Notes: generated by a model from the letters alone, not told the origin. A DNA stretch of 64,000 nucleotides from Microcystaceae cyanobacterium (GCA_041746575.1 JBGTGT010000011.1:64001-128000), one strand, 5' to 3'; shown: positions 1 to 11,115, numbered from the stretch's first letter. Numbers and translations: made by a program.

Positions 1-2
1 GA

Positions 3-194
3 CGAGTTGATATTCGCATCTTGGACGATGGGCAAATGGGGATTGCTGTCGTTCGAGAAGAGAAAGAATATACCACCGAAAACGGTGATAATTTCCTCTC
101 TCAAAGTGTGGATACGTTACGTTTTGGACTGGTGAATGGTCAACCAATGGTTGTTTCTACTACGTTAAAAGGATGGTTAGCTCCCACTCCTTAA
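3..194 (+). CDS. 3' end of a hypothetical protein (truncated by window edge)
   Basis: Open frame RVDIRILDDG...KGWLAPTP ending TAA at 192-194; start lies outside the window. Confidence 0.6.
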   Translation, partial: RVDIRILDDGQMGIAVVREEKEYTTENGDNFLSQSVDTLRFGLVNGQPMVVSTTLKGWLAPTP

Positions 195-267
195 TTGATG
201 AGTTCAAACAACACCTCAACGTCAAAATCTTGGCAGAGCGAATATTCTTTATTAAGGTAATTAAATA

Positions 268-585
268 ATGAAATACCCCTTAATTCAAACCACATTAATC
301 GCCATTAGTACCGCAACGGTTTTTGCGCCTTTATTCATTAATGTCGCACCTGCCCAAGCGAGTTTTGGGGATTTTATGTTAGGCGTAGGAGCGGCGGCGG
401 GTACAAGTATTCTGATCAATAGTAATCGGCGTGCGGCAGAAGCTCGCTATCGCCCCGTTTCTCCAGAGCAAGAATTTTATCGAGGGTTAGAAGACGGCAT
501 AAATGGGGCAAGATATGACAATCCTCGCAATTCCTCCGATTATGATCGGGGTTTTCGGGAAGGGAGTCAGAGAAGACATCAATAA
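268..585 (+). CDS. Hypothetical exported protein
   Basis: 105-aa ORF, signal peptide ending AQA, Gly/Ala-rich segment. Confidence 0.7.
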   Translation: MKYPLIQTTLIAISTATVFAPLFINVAPAQASFGDFMLGVGAAAGTSILINSNRRAAEARYRPVSPEQEFYRGLEDGINGARYDNPRNSSDYDRGFREGSQRRHQ

Positions 586-628
586 AGGGTTACTTTTAAA
601 GGTTTTTTAGTTAAAAATACCTCTAATT

Positions 629-702
629 CCCCTCACCCTGCCCTCTCTCGAAAGGAGAGGAGAAAGACACATTCTTTTTTCATCGGAGGGGTTGGGGGTG
701 AG
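629..702. repeat. REP-like palindromic repeat (CCCTCACCC...CCCTCTC-loop-GGAGAGG type)
   Basis: CCTCACCCTGCCCTCTCTCGAAAGGAGAGG with complementary GGAGGGGTTGGGGGTGAG at 685-702; related copy in opposite orientation at 42241-42272. Confidence 0.65.
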
Positions 703-760
703 AAAACATTTTTCCCAGTTTACGCAAACATCTAGATTTTGTAAGGCTATAGTAAACTAA

Positions 761-2677
761 TTATTGAGATGGTTTATTGGCAAAATAAGCTTCTAATGCC
801 TCATTGACAAGATGATTCATCGGCCTTCCTTCTGTTTCAGCGGCCGCTTTCAAGCGCATAAACATATCATCCATGATACTCACCCGACTTTGATTTTTAC
901 GCATCCGACGGGATGTCAAGGGGGTATAAGTGTCAGAAAATTGTCGTAATGCTTCAAAACCAACTCGATGACAAAAATCGCCAAAACATTCTGCCTCTTG
1001 TTTATGATCTCTGAAATAAACAAAAATCGGTTCAAAGAAACTTTCTAACTCTTTAATCGGTAGTTTTTGGATATAAGGCTCAGCCAATCGGATTTGATTG
1101 GAACTTCCCCCTAACCAAATTTGATAAGTATCGGGTTGACTACCAACGAAGCCTAATTCTGCCATATAAGGGCGCGCACAACCATTGGGACATCCTGTCA
1201 TGCGAATAACAAAGGTTTCCTGCGGCATACTCAGTTTATCTAACAGGTTGCGAATCCGGGCGGTAATACTGGGTAAAATTCGTTCTGATTCAGTAATCGC
1301 AAGTCCACAAGTGGGAAAGGCAGGACAAGCCATTGAAAAGCGGGTTAAAGACTCAATTTCGTTGGGATCAGTAATAATTCCCTGTTGATGTAAAATTTCA
1401 TCGATGGCGGCAACGTCTTTGGCATCAATTTCGTAAAGAATAATATTATGATTAGCTGTAAGACGCATGGGCAAGTTAAATTGCTCAATAATCATTTTTA
1501 ACGCCGTTTTTAGCTGAAAGCTACCCTCGTCTTTGACTCGACCATTTTCGACAGAAATCCCTAAAAAGTGTTTACCGTCTCCTTGTTCGTTCCAGCCTAA
1601 AAAGTCTTGATATTGCCAGTCTGGTAACGTTTGATAGGGTTCTATAGATTTCCCGAAGTATTTTTCGACGTGAGTGCGAAATTTGTCAATTCCCCAATCA
1701 TTAATTAAGTATTTCATTCGTGCGTGACGACGGTTAACGCGATCGCCATAGTCTCTTTGCGTGGCCAAAATTGCTTTCATTAAGTCATAAATATCCTCTT
1801 TTGCAACATAGCCTAAGGGATCGGCTATTCTTGCGAAGGTTTCTTCTTTATTATGCGTTCTGCCTAAACCCCCTCCTGTTAAGACGTTAAATCCTTTTAA
1901 GGTGCCTTGTTCATCGGTGATCACGACTAAACTGACATCATGAGTATAGACATCAATAGAATTATCCCCCGGTACGGTGACGCTACACTTAAATTTGCGG
2001 GGCATATAATGCTTCCCATAGAGCGGTTCTTCGGTGTTGCTAAAATTTGTCCCATTTTTTGCAGTTTGACGCGCTTTTTTGACTTCTTCGGCTTCTTCTG
2101 CACTAATAACCTTTTCTCCGTCTAACCAAATTTCGTAGTAAGCGCCGGTTTGAGGGGTGAGCAAATCAGCGACATGATTAGCATATTCCCACGCATATTG
2201 GTATTCTGCTCGGTTTTTAAAGGGTGCAGGAGGTGCCATGACGTTACGGTTTAAATCACCGCACGCACCGAGGGTTGATCCCATATTTTTGATGATTGCT
2301 GAGATAGCGGATTTTAAATTTTGTTTAAGAATGCCATGAATTTGAAATCCTTGACGGGTGGTGACACGTAGGGTGTGATTACCATATTCATCAGCGAGGC
2401 GATCAAGAGTAAGATATAAAGAAGCTGGAATGTATCCCCCCGGACTACGGGTTCGTAGCATAAATTGGTAGTCTTTTTCCTGCCCTTTAATGCGATTATC
2501 TCGGTTATCCTGTTGATATGACCCGTGAAATTTGAGAATTTGAACAGCATCTTCAGTAAAATGAGTCGTATCTTCTAGCAGTTGACTCGCTAGAGGTTCT
2601 CTAAGAAAGTTGCTTTGTTCTTTGATTCCTTCTAGTTTGGAGACTTTTGCCTTGGGTGAGGTGGGTGTTTGAACCAT
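761..2677 (-). CDS. sir: Ferredoxin-dependent sulfite reductase
   Basis: [23 protein letters not shown], siroheme/4Fe-4S ligands CPAFPTC and GCPNGC. Confidence 0.95.
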   Translation of the reverse strand: MVQTPTSPKAKVSKLEGIKEQSNFLREPLASQLLEDTTHFTEDAVQILKFHGSYQQDNRDNRIKGQEKDYQFMLRTRSPGGYIPASLYLTLDRLADEYGNHTLRVTTRQGFQIHGILKQNLKSAISAIIKNMGSTLGACGDLNRNVMAPPAPFKNRAEYQYAWEYANHVADLLTPQTGAYYEIWLDGEKVISAEEAEEVKKARQTAKNGTNFSNTEEPLYGKHYMPRKFKCSVTVPGDNSIDVYTHDVSLVVITDEQGTLKGFNVLTGGGLGRTHNKEETFARIADPLGYVAKEDIYDLMKAILATQRDYGDRVNRRHARMKYLINDWGIDKFRTHVEKYFGKSIEPYQTLPDWQYQDFLGWNEQGDGKHFLGISVENGRVKDEGSFQLKTALKMIIEQFNLPMRLTANHNIILYEIDAKDVAAIDEILHQQGIITDPNEIESLTRFSMACPAFPTCGLAITESERILPSITARIRNLLDKLSMPQETFVIRMTGCPNGCARPYMAELGFVGSQPDTYQIWLGGSSNQIRLAEPYIQKLPIKELESFFEPIFVYFRDHKQEAECFGDFCHRVGFEALRQFSDTYTPLTSRRMRKNQSRVSIMDDMFMRLKAAAETEGRPMNHLVNEALEAYFANKPSQ

Positions 2678-2819
2678 TGTATTCTGCTTAAACTATATAG
2701 GTGATAATTACCGTCACGTTATCTTATCTTAACGTGTGCGGTCGCTGTAAGCGCGCCTAATGGCGATCGCTCTTTCCTCTTTAACAATTGTGACATTGGG
2801 ATTTGAGTATCTAATAACC

Positions 2820-5234
2820 ATGAATCAAGTAACTGGCAGTAAAACCGTTTTATACAAAAACCCTTATCTTATCCTAAATAATCAAGGAGATAAACACCCT
2901 TCTCTAGAATTAGATGATAATTACCATCGTTTAGGCAGAGATCCGAGTCAAGTCGATTTAATTGTGCCGGAAAGTTGGGGTGTAGTCGGCAGATATCAAG
3001 CAATGTTAAAAAAAACGGGAGATGATTACACAATTTATGATGGCGATGGCATCCATCCGAGTACCAATCGTTTATTTTACAATCATAAATTAATTACGCC
3101 GCAAGAGGGTTATTTATTACAGGATGGCATGGAGATTAGAGTGGGTCAAGATCCCCACACTTGGGTGACGATCACCTATTATAATCCTAACCATTCTCTG
3201 GCGGTTAAGTCTCCCCTTCAAAAGACTGTTTCTTTGAAAAACAAATCCGTCTCATTAGGTCGGGATTCGTCCGCTAATTTAGTATTAGATTCACCGATGA
3301 TTTCCCGTCACCATGCGACGATTGATCAAGATTCGGAAGGTCGTTATATCGTCCACGATTCTAGTACTAATGGTATTTTTATTAACGGACAAAAAGTCAA
3401 TAAAACCGGCATTTTAAGCTTCAATGATTTATTACGAATTGGCCCCTATACTCTGACGTTACAAACGGATCAAGTCACAAAAGAAGATGAATTAAGGATT
3501 ATCGATCAAGGAGATTATATTCGCTTAGATGTAGAGGATTTGGTCAAGGTTGTTCAAGATAAACAGCAAAAGCCTTTAATATTACTCGATCATTTAACCT
3601 TTCCGATTGAACCGAGTCAATTAGTAGGGATTGTCGGGGAAAGTGGGACAGGAAAATCTACCTTATTACGCACCTTACTCGGCATTGAATCTTTAAGCGA
3701 AGGAAAAGTATATCTCAATGGCGAAAACCTACATCAAAAATTTAATATTTATCGAAATTTAATGGGATATGTTCCCCAAAGTGATATTGTTCATCGTGAA
3801 TTAACGGTCACCGAAGTTCTTTTTTATGCCGCACAATTACGCTTACCTCCTGATAGTGATTTTGAGGATATTATTCAAAAAACCTTAAGTCAAATTGACT
3901 TGATTCAGCGCAAAAATACTTTAGTAAAAAACTTGAGTGGTGGCCAAATTAAACGGGTGAGCATAGGGGTAGAATTATTAGCCGATCCCAAGTTATTTCT
4001 ACTGGATGAACCGACCTCTGGACTTGATCCGGGGTTAGATAAAAAGATGATGGAACTGTTAGCAAATTTAGCTGATGAAGGCCGGACGATTATTTTAGTT
4101 ACTCACGCTACAGACAATATTAAACGTTGCGATCGCATTATTTTCTTAGGCAAAGGAGGTAATTTATGTTATTTTGGTTCACCTCAAGAGGCGGTTACTT
4201 TTTTCCAAGAAAGTTCCTCACAAATTCAAACATTTTCTGATATTTATGTCCATCTTTCAGACCCTGACACGGTTCAAAAGGAAGCCCAGCGTTTTCGCAA
4301 TTCGGACTATTATCAAGATTATATTGGCAGTCGTTTAAATTATATTGCTAATGCTGCTCAATTTAAAGCGCAACAGGTTAAGCGTTCTATCTTACAGCAA
4401 TTTACGGTATTAACAGAAAGATACGGTAAGATCTTATTAAGAGATAAATTAAATTTAGGTTTATCTTTACTCACTGCACCGATAGGCATTAGCTTAATTA
4501 CCTTAGCCATTCGAGGCAAAGAGCCTTTAAGTTTACCCATTGAAAGCGATCCCAGTTTAGCTCCATTAGCATTAAGGGTGCTATTTGTTTTTACCTGCGC
4601 CGCCTTATGGGTAGGGTTAGCTAGTTCTTTACAGGAAATTGTCAAAGAATCTGCAATCTATCTACGGGAAAGATTAGTAAACTTAGGATTATTTGCTTAT
4701 TTAGGTTCCAAAATTTCGGTGCTAGGTGCGTTAGCAGTTGTCCAAAGCCTATTAATCTCTCTCGTTATTTTGATAGGGTTTAAGTCTCCTAAGCCTGACT
4801 TAATGCCGTGGGTTTTAGGGTTACCCATTACCATCTTTTTAACCTTAATGACATCTATTAGTTTAGGGTTAATGGTGTCATCAGTTGTCAAGAATATTAC
4901 CCAAGCAAATAGCGCATTACCGTTATTATTGCTGCCCCAAATTATCTTTTCTGGGGTACTTTTTGAGATGGAAGGTTTGGCTAAATATTTCTCTTGGTTA
5001 ATGTTGAGTCATTGGTCAATCAGCGCATTAGGAGCATTAGTCAATGTTAACAAAATGGTATCCGATCCTATTATTTTGTTTGATGGTACCAAGATCACTC
5101 AACCCTTTGAAGGTTCACCCGTTTATGAGGCAACGAGTGCTAATTTAGGGAAAAGTTGGTTAATGTTAATTCTTTATGCTTTCGTTTATTTAGGGATAGC
5201 CTATGCTTTACAAAAGCGAAAAGATATTCGCTAA
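2820..5234 (+). CDS. FHA-domain ABC transporter (2x FHA, ATPase, ABC-2 permease)
   Basis: FHA motifs LGRD...SRHHA...STNG; Walker A GESGTGKS, LSGGQ, LLDEPT; C-terminal TM helices; ATG 2820 preferred over 2760. Confidence 0.9.
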   Translation: MNQVTGSKTVLYKNPYLILNNQGDKHPSLELDDNYHRLGRDPSQVDLIVPESWGVVGRYQAMLKKTGDDYTIYDGDGIHPSTNRLFYNHKLITPQEGYLLQDGMEIRVGQDPHTWVTITYYNPNHSLAVKSPLQKTVSLKNKSVSLGRDSSANLVLDSPMISRHHATIDQDSEGRYIVHDSSTNGIFINGQKVNKTGILSFNDLLRIGPYTLTLQTDQVTKEDELRIIDQGDYIRLDVEDLVKVVQDKQQKPLILLDHLTFPIEPSQLVGIVGESGTGKSTLLRTLLGIESLSEGKVYLNGENLHQKFNIYRNLMGYVPQSDIVHRELTVTEVLFYAAQLRLPPDSDFEDIIQKTLSQIDLIQRKNTLVKNLSGGQIKRVSIGVELLADPKLFLLDEPTSGLDPGLDKKMMELLANLADEGRTIILVTHATDNIKRCDRIIFLGKGGNLCYFGSPQEAVTFFQESSSQIQTFSDIYVHLSDPDTVQKEAQRFRNSDYYQDYIGSRLNYIANAAQFKAQQVKRSILQQFTVLTERYGKILLRDKLNLGLSLLTAPIGISLITLAIRGKEPLSLPIESDPSLAPLALRVLFVFTCAALWVGLASSLQEIVKESAIYLRERLVNLGLFAYLGSKISVLGALAVVQSLLISLVILIGFKSPKPDLMPWVLGLPITIFLTLMTSISLGLMVSSVVKNITQANSALPLLLLPQIIFSGVLFEMEGLAKYFSWLMLSHWSISALGALVNVNKMVSDPIILFDGTKITQPFEGSPVYEATSANLGKSWLMLILYAFVYLGIAYALQKRKDIR

Positions 5235-5291
5235 ATAGCCCCTTTTCCCCGACTGACGGTTAAATGGGTAGATAACAAAAGAGACCAACCC

Positions 5292-7898
5292 CTAAAATCT
5301 TTCCCCAATCCCGAAGCTTAAACGAGAACCCCCCTCATTGTTAAAGCCATAATCCACCCGAATCGGGCCGACAGGCGATTGAATCCGTAAACCCAATCCA
5401 TAGCCTAAACCACTGCCCGGTAACTGTCTCACCCGTGAAGGTTGGCCGGGAACTGCTCCATCCGAACTCAGTAATGTCCCATAATCCACAAATATCGCTG
5501 CCCCAATGATGGATAGAATCGGAAAACGATATTCGGCAGTCGCTTGAAAATAACTGCGACCACTTCCGACCTGTCCTTCAGCATAACCTCGAACAGAGTT
5601 ACTACCCCCTACCACAAAGGCCTCATAGGGCGGTAAGTCTCCTAGCACTGTTCCCGCTTGGAAATTAAAAGCAAAAGCCTGAGGTTTCGGCTGTCCTTCC
5701 TCAATAAAGCCAAAATCAATAAAATCAGTTGGAATATAAAAACTATAACTCCCCCGAAGGCGATTAAGGAGAATTCCTCCCGATCCGATAGGAACGGTTT
5801 GTTCAACCCCTAAGCGTAAAACTGACCCCCTAGTGGGTTGTAAGGGGTTATTGCGGCTATCCTGAGATGCCCCAAAACTAAAGGTAAATAGGTCATCTCG
5901 GCCACTGGGGCTGAAAGTTAACGGTTGAGGCCCAAAACCATTCAAGGGAGCAGAAATCGGGGCAATATCCCCATCTCCATTCTCAGATTGTACTCGTTGA
6001 TAGTTAAATCCGGCCGAGAGTCGCCAATCCGGCCGACTAAAGACATCTTCGGCAATGGGACGAACAAAGGTTACCCCTCCCCCAGTACGAACAATACGGG
6101 GACTATCAAATCCATTTAAGGTTCGGATGGTGCTATCATCCCCATCAAAGACTAAGGAAATGGTGCGACGACGGAAGGCATTAACCGTGGCAGAAGTTCG
6201 GTAAGGATCGCCATAAATCCAAGGATCTGTGAAATTAACGTCAAATAATAGTTCTCTTACCCCTGCCTGTAATTCTGTCCCCAAGATGTAGCGTCGCCCA
6301 AAGAGGTTTTGCTCTTGGTAACTTAATGTCCCAAATAAGCCACTGGTAGAGCTAATCCCTGCCCCTGCCGCTACAGATCCTGTATTTCCTTCGACAACGT
6401 CCACATTAACAATGACTTCGCTAGGATCTTCCCCCGGACTAAAGGAGAGACGTACATCTTCAAAAATACCCAATCCGAAAACCCGTTGTAAGTCTTGTTG
6501 GGCGGTATTACGATTAAAAACATCCCCCGGTTTGAGCTTCATCTCACGAGTGACAATATAATCTTTGGTTTTTCCGCCGTCCCGTTGTTCATCTTCGGCA
6601 TCAAAGAAACGAACTTGGATATTTTCAATGATCCCTTCGGAAATCACCAGCTTGACTATCCCATCTTCCGTAATCTGCGGAGATCCAATTATTTGAGCTA
6701 AATCATAGCCTTTTTGGGAATACCACTCGTTTATGCTTTGAATACTTTGCTGTAAGTCCCGCAGGTTAAGAATTTGGTTATATTGTTCTTCAAAAGCGTT
6801 ATCTACGACTTCTTGAGGTAAAACCCGTTCTTCTTCGGATGGAGGGACGGTTTCAATAATCACTTCCTGTAAAATTGGATTCGGTTCAACAGAAAAGGTC
6901 ACACGAACCCCTAAAGGCGTATCTTCGGGGACAACTTTAACATTGGCGAAGTAGCCCGTTGCGTAGATAGCGTTGACGTCGTTTTCTAACTGAGTACGGG
7001 TTGCTGTCCGACCGGGTTGGGTAATAACGGTATTATAAACCAGTCGTTCTAACTGTAAATCGGCTCCTGTAACCAAAACTTCTGCGACTAAAACGCGAGG
7101 TTCTTCTGCTGGCGTTTCCTCTTCAACCGTTTCAGATTCAGGCGGCGGTGGCGTCGGAATGGCGGGCGAAGGTTGAACCTCTTCTAAGGTAGAATCAGTG
7201 GGTGTCTCGGTTTCTCGACTTTCAGGCGTTGAATTCGGTTGCTCTTCTATTTCGCTTCCTTCGTTGTCTTCATCCACCTTCTCTTCAATTATGGGCTCAG
7301 GTGGAATTTGTTTTAGCTTAAATTCATCAGAAATAGGGCTAATTTCTGAATTTTCAGATGAAAGCGAACGGTTATCTTGCCCAGAGTTGTCTTTTTCTTC
7401 TTGTTTCTCAGGATTACGATTTTCCTCAATCCTGTTGTCATCGGCTGAGGATGAATTATTTTCCTCATTCAGTTGAGATTTAGTAGAAATAGAGCTATTT
7501 TCTGGATTTATAGGGATATTAAGCGTCTCTAATTTTCCTAAAGATGAAAGCGAACGGTTATCTTGCCCAGAGTTGTCTTTTTCTTCTTGTTTCTCAGGAT
7601 TACGATTTTCCTCAATCCTGTTGTCATCGGCTGAGGATGAATTATTTTCCTCCGCAGATAATATCGTTTCATTGTTCTGATTTATAGATATATCTGAGGG
7701 GTTTTCGGCTAAATTCTGATCATTTTCGACTTTTTCTTTTTCTTGGTGACTTGTCTTAATATCGCTATCTGTCTCACCATGAACCCCTTGTGTTCCATAG
7801 AAAAGAAGTGTTGTTGATAGCAACAACGTCATAAGCGAAGAAAACTGACCACTTAACCAATTGTTTTTTAACACTGCCACACACCCAAAAATAACCAA
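5292..7898 (-). CDS. bamA: Omp85/BamA-family outer membrane assembly factor
   Basis: POTRA-like repeats, GGSNSVRGY motif, C-terminal FGIGERF; long acidic N-terminal extension; start uncertain. Confidence 0.92.
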   Translation of the reverse strand: MVIFGCVAVLKNNWLSGQFSSLMTLLLSTTLLFYGTQGVHGETDSDIKTSHQEKEKVENDQNLAENPSDISINQNNETILSAEENNSSSADDNRIEENRNPEKQEEKDNSGQDNRSLSSLGKLETLNIPINPENSSISTKSQLNEENNSSSADDNRIEENRNPEKQEEKDNSGQDNRSLSSENSEISPISDEFKLKQIPPEPIIEEKVDEDNEGSEIEEQPNSTPESRETETPTDSTLEEVQPSPAIPTPPPPESETVEEETPAEEPRVLVAEVLVTGADLQLERLVYNTVITQPGRTATRTQLENDVNAIYATGYFANVKVVPEDTPLGVRVTFSVEPNPILQEVIIETVPPSEEERVLPQEVVDNAFEEQYNQILNLRDLQQSIQSINEWYSQKGYDLAQIIGSPQITEDGIVKLVISEGIIENIQVRFFDAEDEQRDGGKTKDYIVTREMKLKPGDVFNRNTAQQDLQRVFGLGIFEDVRLSFSPGEDPSEVIVNVDVVEGNTGSVAAGAGISSTSGLFGTLSYQEQNLFGRRYILGTELQAGVRELLFDVNFTDPWIYGDPYRTSATVNAFRRRTISLVFDGDDSTIRTLNGFDSPRIVRTGGGVTFVRPIAEDVFSRPDWRLSAGFNYQRVQSENGDGDIAPISAPLNGFGPQPLTFSPSGRDDLFTFSFGASQDSRNNPLQPTRGSVLRLGVEQTVPIGSGGILLNRLRGSYSFYIPTDFIDFGFIEEGQPKPQAFAFNFQAGTVLGDLPPYEAFVVGGSNSVRGYAEGQVGSGRSYFQATAEYRFPILSIIGAAIFVDYGTLLSSDGAVPGQPSRVRQLPGSGLGYGLGLRIQSPVGPIRVDYGFNNEGGSRLSFGIGERF
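7356..7652. repeat. 111-bp exact direct duplication inside bamA
   Basis: 7356-7466 is identical to 7542-7652 (period 186 bp); encodes EENNSSSADDNRIEENRNPEKQEEKDNSGQDNRSLSS twice. Confidence 0.95.
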
Positions 7899-8032
7899 GA
7901 ACGAGATGATCGAGGATTAATCAATTGTTTAATCTTGACTTATTAGCATAACAATAGACAACCCCCGTTTTAGCCAGAAATCACCTTAGTTAAAGACTGG
8001 TCTTTATGAAAAATGTTCCCCCCAAAAATATG

Positions 8033-8770
8033 CTATGCTTGAGAGTTTAGATAACTGATACGTTCTAGAACCCTTTGTTGCACTTCTTGGTAAGCCGATT
8101 CAATTTTGCCTAAATCTCGCCGAAAACGATCTTTATCTAATACTCTCTCTTGCGGATCATCTTTTTGTTTGTCCCACAAACGACAGGTATCGGGGCTAAT
8201 TTCATCCGCTAGTAAGATTTTTCCTTGAGCATCTTTACCAAATTCTAGCTTAAAATCTACTAACGTAATCTCACATTCGGCAAAAAACTGGCTGAGATGC
8301 TGATTGACTTTTAACGCCATCGTCTTCAGTTGTGCCACTTCGTCTGAGGTAACAATATTTAAAATTGTGATGCGATCGCGGGTTAAAAGGGGATCGCCCA
8401 AAGCGTCATCCTTTAGATAGAATTCGACCAAGGGGAAGGGTAAAATCTGACCTTCCGGTAACCCTGTTTGACGGCACAAGCTACCCGCCGCAATGTTCCT
8501 GACAACCACCTCTAAAGGTACGATTTTAACCATTTTTACCCGCATCTCCATAGAGGAAGGTTGATCAATAAAATGAGTCGAAATGCCTAAAGATTCTAGC
8601 CATTGAAACAAAGCAGTAGATATCGTACAGTTTATTTGACCTTTACCTTGGATTGTGCCTTTTTTCAGGGCATTGAAAGCGGTGGCATCATCTTTAAAAC
8701 GAGAAAGCAGAATATGAGGATTATCAGTAGAATAGAGAATTTTTGCTTTACCTTCGTACAATTTTTCCAT
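8033..8770 (-). CDS. purC: SAICAR synthetase
   Basis: LYEGKAK, FKDDATAFN, LVDFKLEFG, LADEISPDTCRLWD. Confidence 0.97.
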   Translation of the reverse strand: MEKLYEGKAKILYSTDNPHILLSRFKDDATAFNALKKGTIQGKGQINCTISTALFQWLESLGISTHFIDQPSSMEMRVKMVKIVPLEVVVRNIAAGSLCRQTGLPEGQILPFPLVEFYLKDDALGDPLLTRDRITILNIVTSDEVAQLKTMALKVNQHLSQFFAECEITLVDFKLEFGKDAQGKILLADEISPDTCRLWDKQKDDPQERVLDKDRFRRDLGKIESAYQEVQQRVLERISYLNSQA

Positions 8771-8994
8771 CTTTTTTGTTTAAATTTGTTTAAATAAGGT
8801 TAAAAGGTTCTGAGCGCACACCTTATTTTCCTAAAGGACATCGCCCACTGATTTACTGAACCCTTGGGGTTAAATTGCCTTTAAGATCAGGTTAACAAAA
8901 CCCATAGAAGATTAACCTTCGATTTTGATTAGTATCTATACAATAGAAACAACATTTATCATAAATCATCCTATCCTTCTTGCTCTACTTGGCT

Positions 8995-9258
8995 ATGGCT
9001 TCTAATCCTGAAAAAGATAATTTTCTCTACCCTCGTCATCCCTATCGCGGGGAATTTAAACCAGAAAATCTTGTTTTTAATTCCAATTTACAAGAATTTG
9101 CTCAAAAAGTAAGCTACATTTGTAATTTGGAAACAGCCGGTAAAATTGCGCCTGCAGAAGCCTATCATCAAATCAAAAATCTCTGGAGTACTTTGAAAAA
9201 CAGCAAGAAACAACTGGGTATTACCGAAAATCCTGTAGATGAAGAGGATAAAAAATAG
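8995..9258 (+). CDS. Conserved small cyanobacterial hypothetical protein
   Basis: FLYP..PYRGEF.PENLVFN.NLQEFAQKVSYIC.LET.GK pattern; ATG 8995 preferred. Confidence 0.8.
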   Translation: MASNPEKDNFLYPRHPYRGEFKPENLVFNSNLQEFAQKVSYICNLETAGKIAPAEAYHQIKNLWSTLKNSKKQLGITENPVDEEDKK

Positions 9259-9293
9259 GATATTTAGGCTAAAAACTTTTTATATAGGTTTAT

Positions 9294-10291
9294 ATGTCCC
9301 GCTCCCGTGCCTTACAGTATTATATCGCCGTTCGTCTCTTTCTTGCACCTTTAATGATTTGGACTATTGTGACGGCGATTTTTCTGCTTTTACGCGCCAC
9401 CCCTAATGATCCCGTTGATGCAATTTTAGATAATCGTGCGCCAGAAATTGCCAAAATAGGGATGAGAGAACAGTTAGGGCTGAATAAGTCTCTTTTATTT
9501 CAGTATTTAGCTTACTTAGGTCAATTATTACATCTAAATCTCGGAAATTCTATCATTCGCCAAGGGGTAACGGTTTGGCAAATTATTCAACAGCATTTTC
9601 CGGCTACAGTTGAATTGACCTTTTATAGCATGGTTATCGCCCTAATTATTGGTGTGGGGTTAGGAATGCTATCTGCTACCCATTGTTTATTTGGCATCAT
9701 CACCTATTCGTTACCCATTTTTTGGCTAGGAATGATCTTACAGTTGATTTTATCAGTTAAATTCGGTTTATTTCCGTTGGGGACTCGTTTTCCCCTCAGT
9801 CAAACGCCACCTGAAGCCATAACGGGTTTATATACACTAGATAGTCTCTTAAGGGGCAATTAGGTAATTTTTTCACAGTGATATATTATCTTACACTTCC
9901 TTGCTTCACGTTGGGACTGTTATTAAGTGGAATTTTTGAACGAATGGTCAAGGTTAATTTAAAGCTAACGTTACAATCTGACTATGTAGAAGCCGCTAGA
10001 ACAAGAGGAGTGAGTGAAAGACGAATTTTATTCGCTCATGCTTTTAGAAATGCGCTTATTCCTGTGATTACAGTTTTAGGATTAACCTTCGCCGCTTTGT
10101 TAGGGAGTGCAGTCTTAACAGAAGTGACTTTTTCTTAGCCAGAATTAGGAAAGCAATTATATCAGGCGATATCTCTAAGGGATTGCCCGACTGTCCGAGG
10201 AATTATGGTATTTTTAAGTGTAATTGTTGTTTTTATTAGTCTTTTGATTGATATTGCTAATGCTTATCTTGACCCCCGTATTCGCTATTGA
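9294..10291 (+). pseudogene. Peptide/nickel ABC permease (DppB/OppB-like), disrupted
   Basis: Frameshift near 9860; in-frame TAG at 10136-10138 where TFS-W-P is expected; EAA motif YVEAARTRG; frame resumes to LDPRIRY-TGA at 10289-10291. Confidence 0.88.
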
Positions 10292-10434
10292 GTAATAGGA
10301 ACCGATTTTTGGACAGTTCGAGACAATAGTCTTTTTATATCCTATTATCTTTAGGAATCTCCAAAACCGAAAAGTTGCCACCAGCCAAGAAACTGCTAAA
10401 CTGATTACTGATTACTGATTACGGTTGACCGAAT

Positions 10435-10896
10435 ATGGCTTTACTGACCACAGGCAAAGGATTCATTCAAACCTTAGAAAAACACGGTGCAGTCGCAGTT
10501 TATGCTCCTTTAGAAGGCGGATTTGAAGGGAGATATCAAAGACGTTTACGGACTAAGGGTTATACCACCCTAGCGTTAACCGCCAGAGGATTAGGAGATT
10601 TGAGTGCTTATTTAACAGAAATTCATGGCGTTCGTCCGCCTCATTTAGGCAAAAAAGATATCGGACAAGATGCGGCAGTTGGCCCTATTTATTTTATCCC
10701 TCCCATTGCCACTTATCAACTGGATAATTTACCTCCCAAATCAAAAGGATTAGTGCTTTGGATTCTCGAAGGATTTATTCTTTCCTCTACCGAAAAACAA
10801 TATTTAATTAATCTTCCTCAACAAGAACCCCGCCTCAAAGTGGTCTTAGAATTAGGGGGAGAACGTTATTTCCGTTGGCAACCTTTAGCGGCGTAA
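10435..10896 (+). CDS. ndhN: NDH-1 subunit N
   Basis: MALLTTG...PLEGGFEGRYQRRLR...GVRPPHLGK. Confidence 0.93.
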   Translation: MALLTTGKGFIQTLEKHGAVAVYAPLEGGFEGRYQRRLRTKGYTTLALTARGLGDLSAYLTEIHGVRPPHLGKKDIGQDAAVGPIYFIPPIATYQLDNLPPKSKGLVLWILEGFILSSTEKQYLINLPQQEPRLKVVLELGGERYFRWQPLAA

Positions 10897-11115
10897 AATC
10901 GCAGTATTATTCCTTTAAAATCGGGCTGTTTTTACAGTCTAAATCCTTTTTTTTTACAGTGAAACCATAAAAATAGTTCAACACCTACAGACAGCAATTT
11001 AAAGGAAATAAAAGATTTAATCAAGCTATTTTAAAGTTTAGACTAACCTCTATTTAACGGAAAAGGTTGTCTTTCTTCGCTTAATTTCGATTGTTTTAAA
11101 TAAGAAACTTTAGCC

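Noticed and set aside
10401..10421. Short tandem repeats ((TGATTAC)3 here; also near 17623, 30796, 53935, 55331)
   Set aside because: Ordinary cyanobacterial short tandem repeats or slippage products with no further structure
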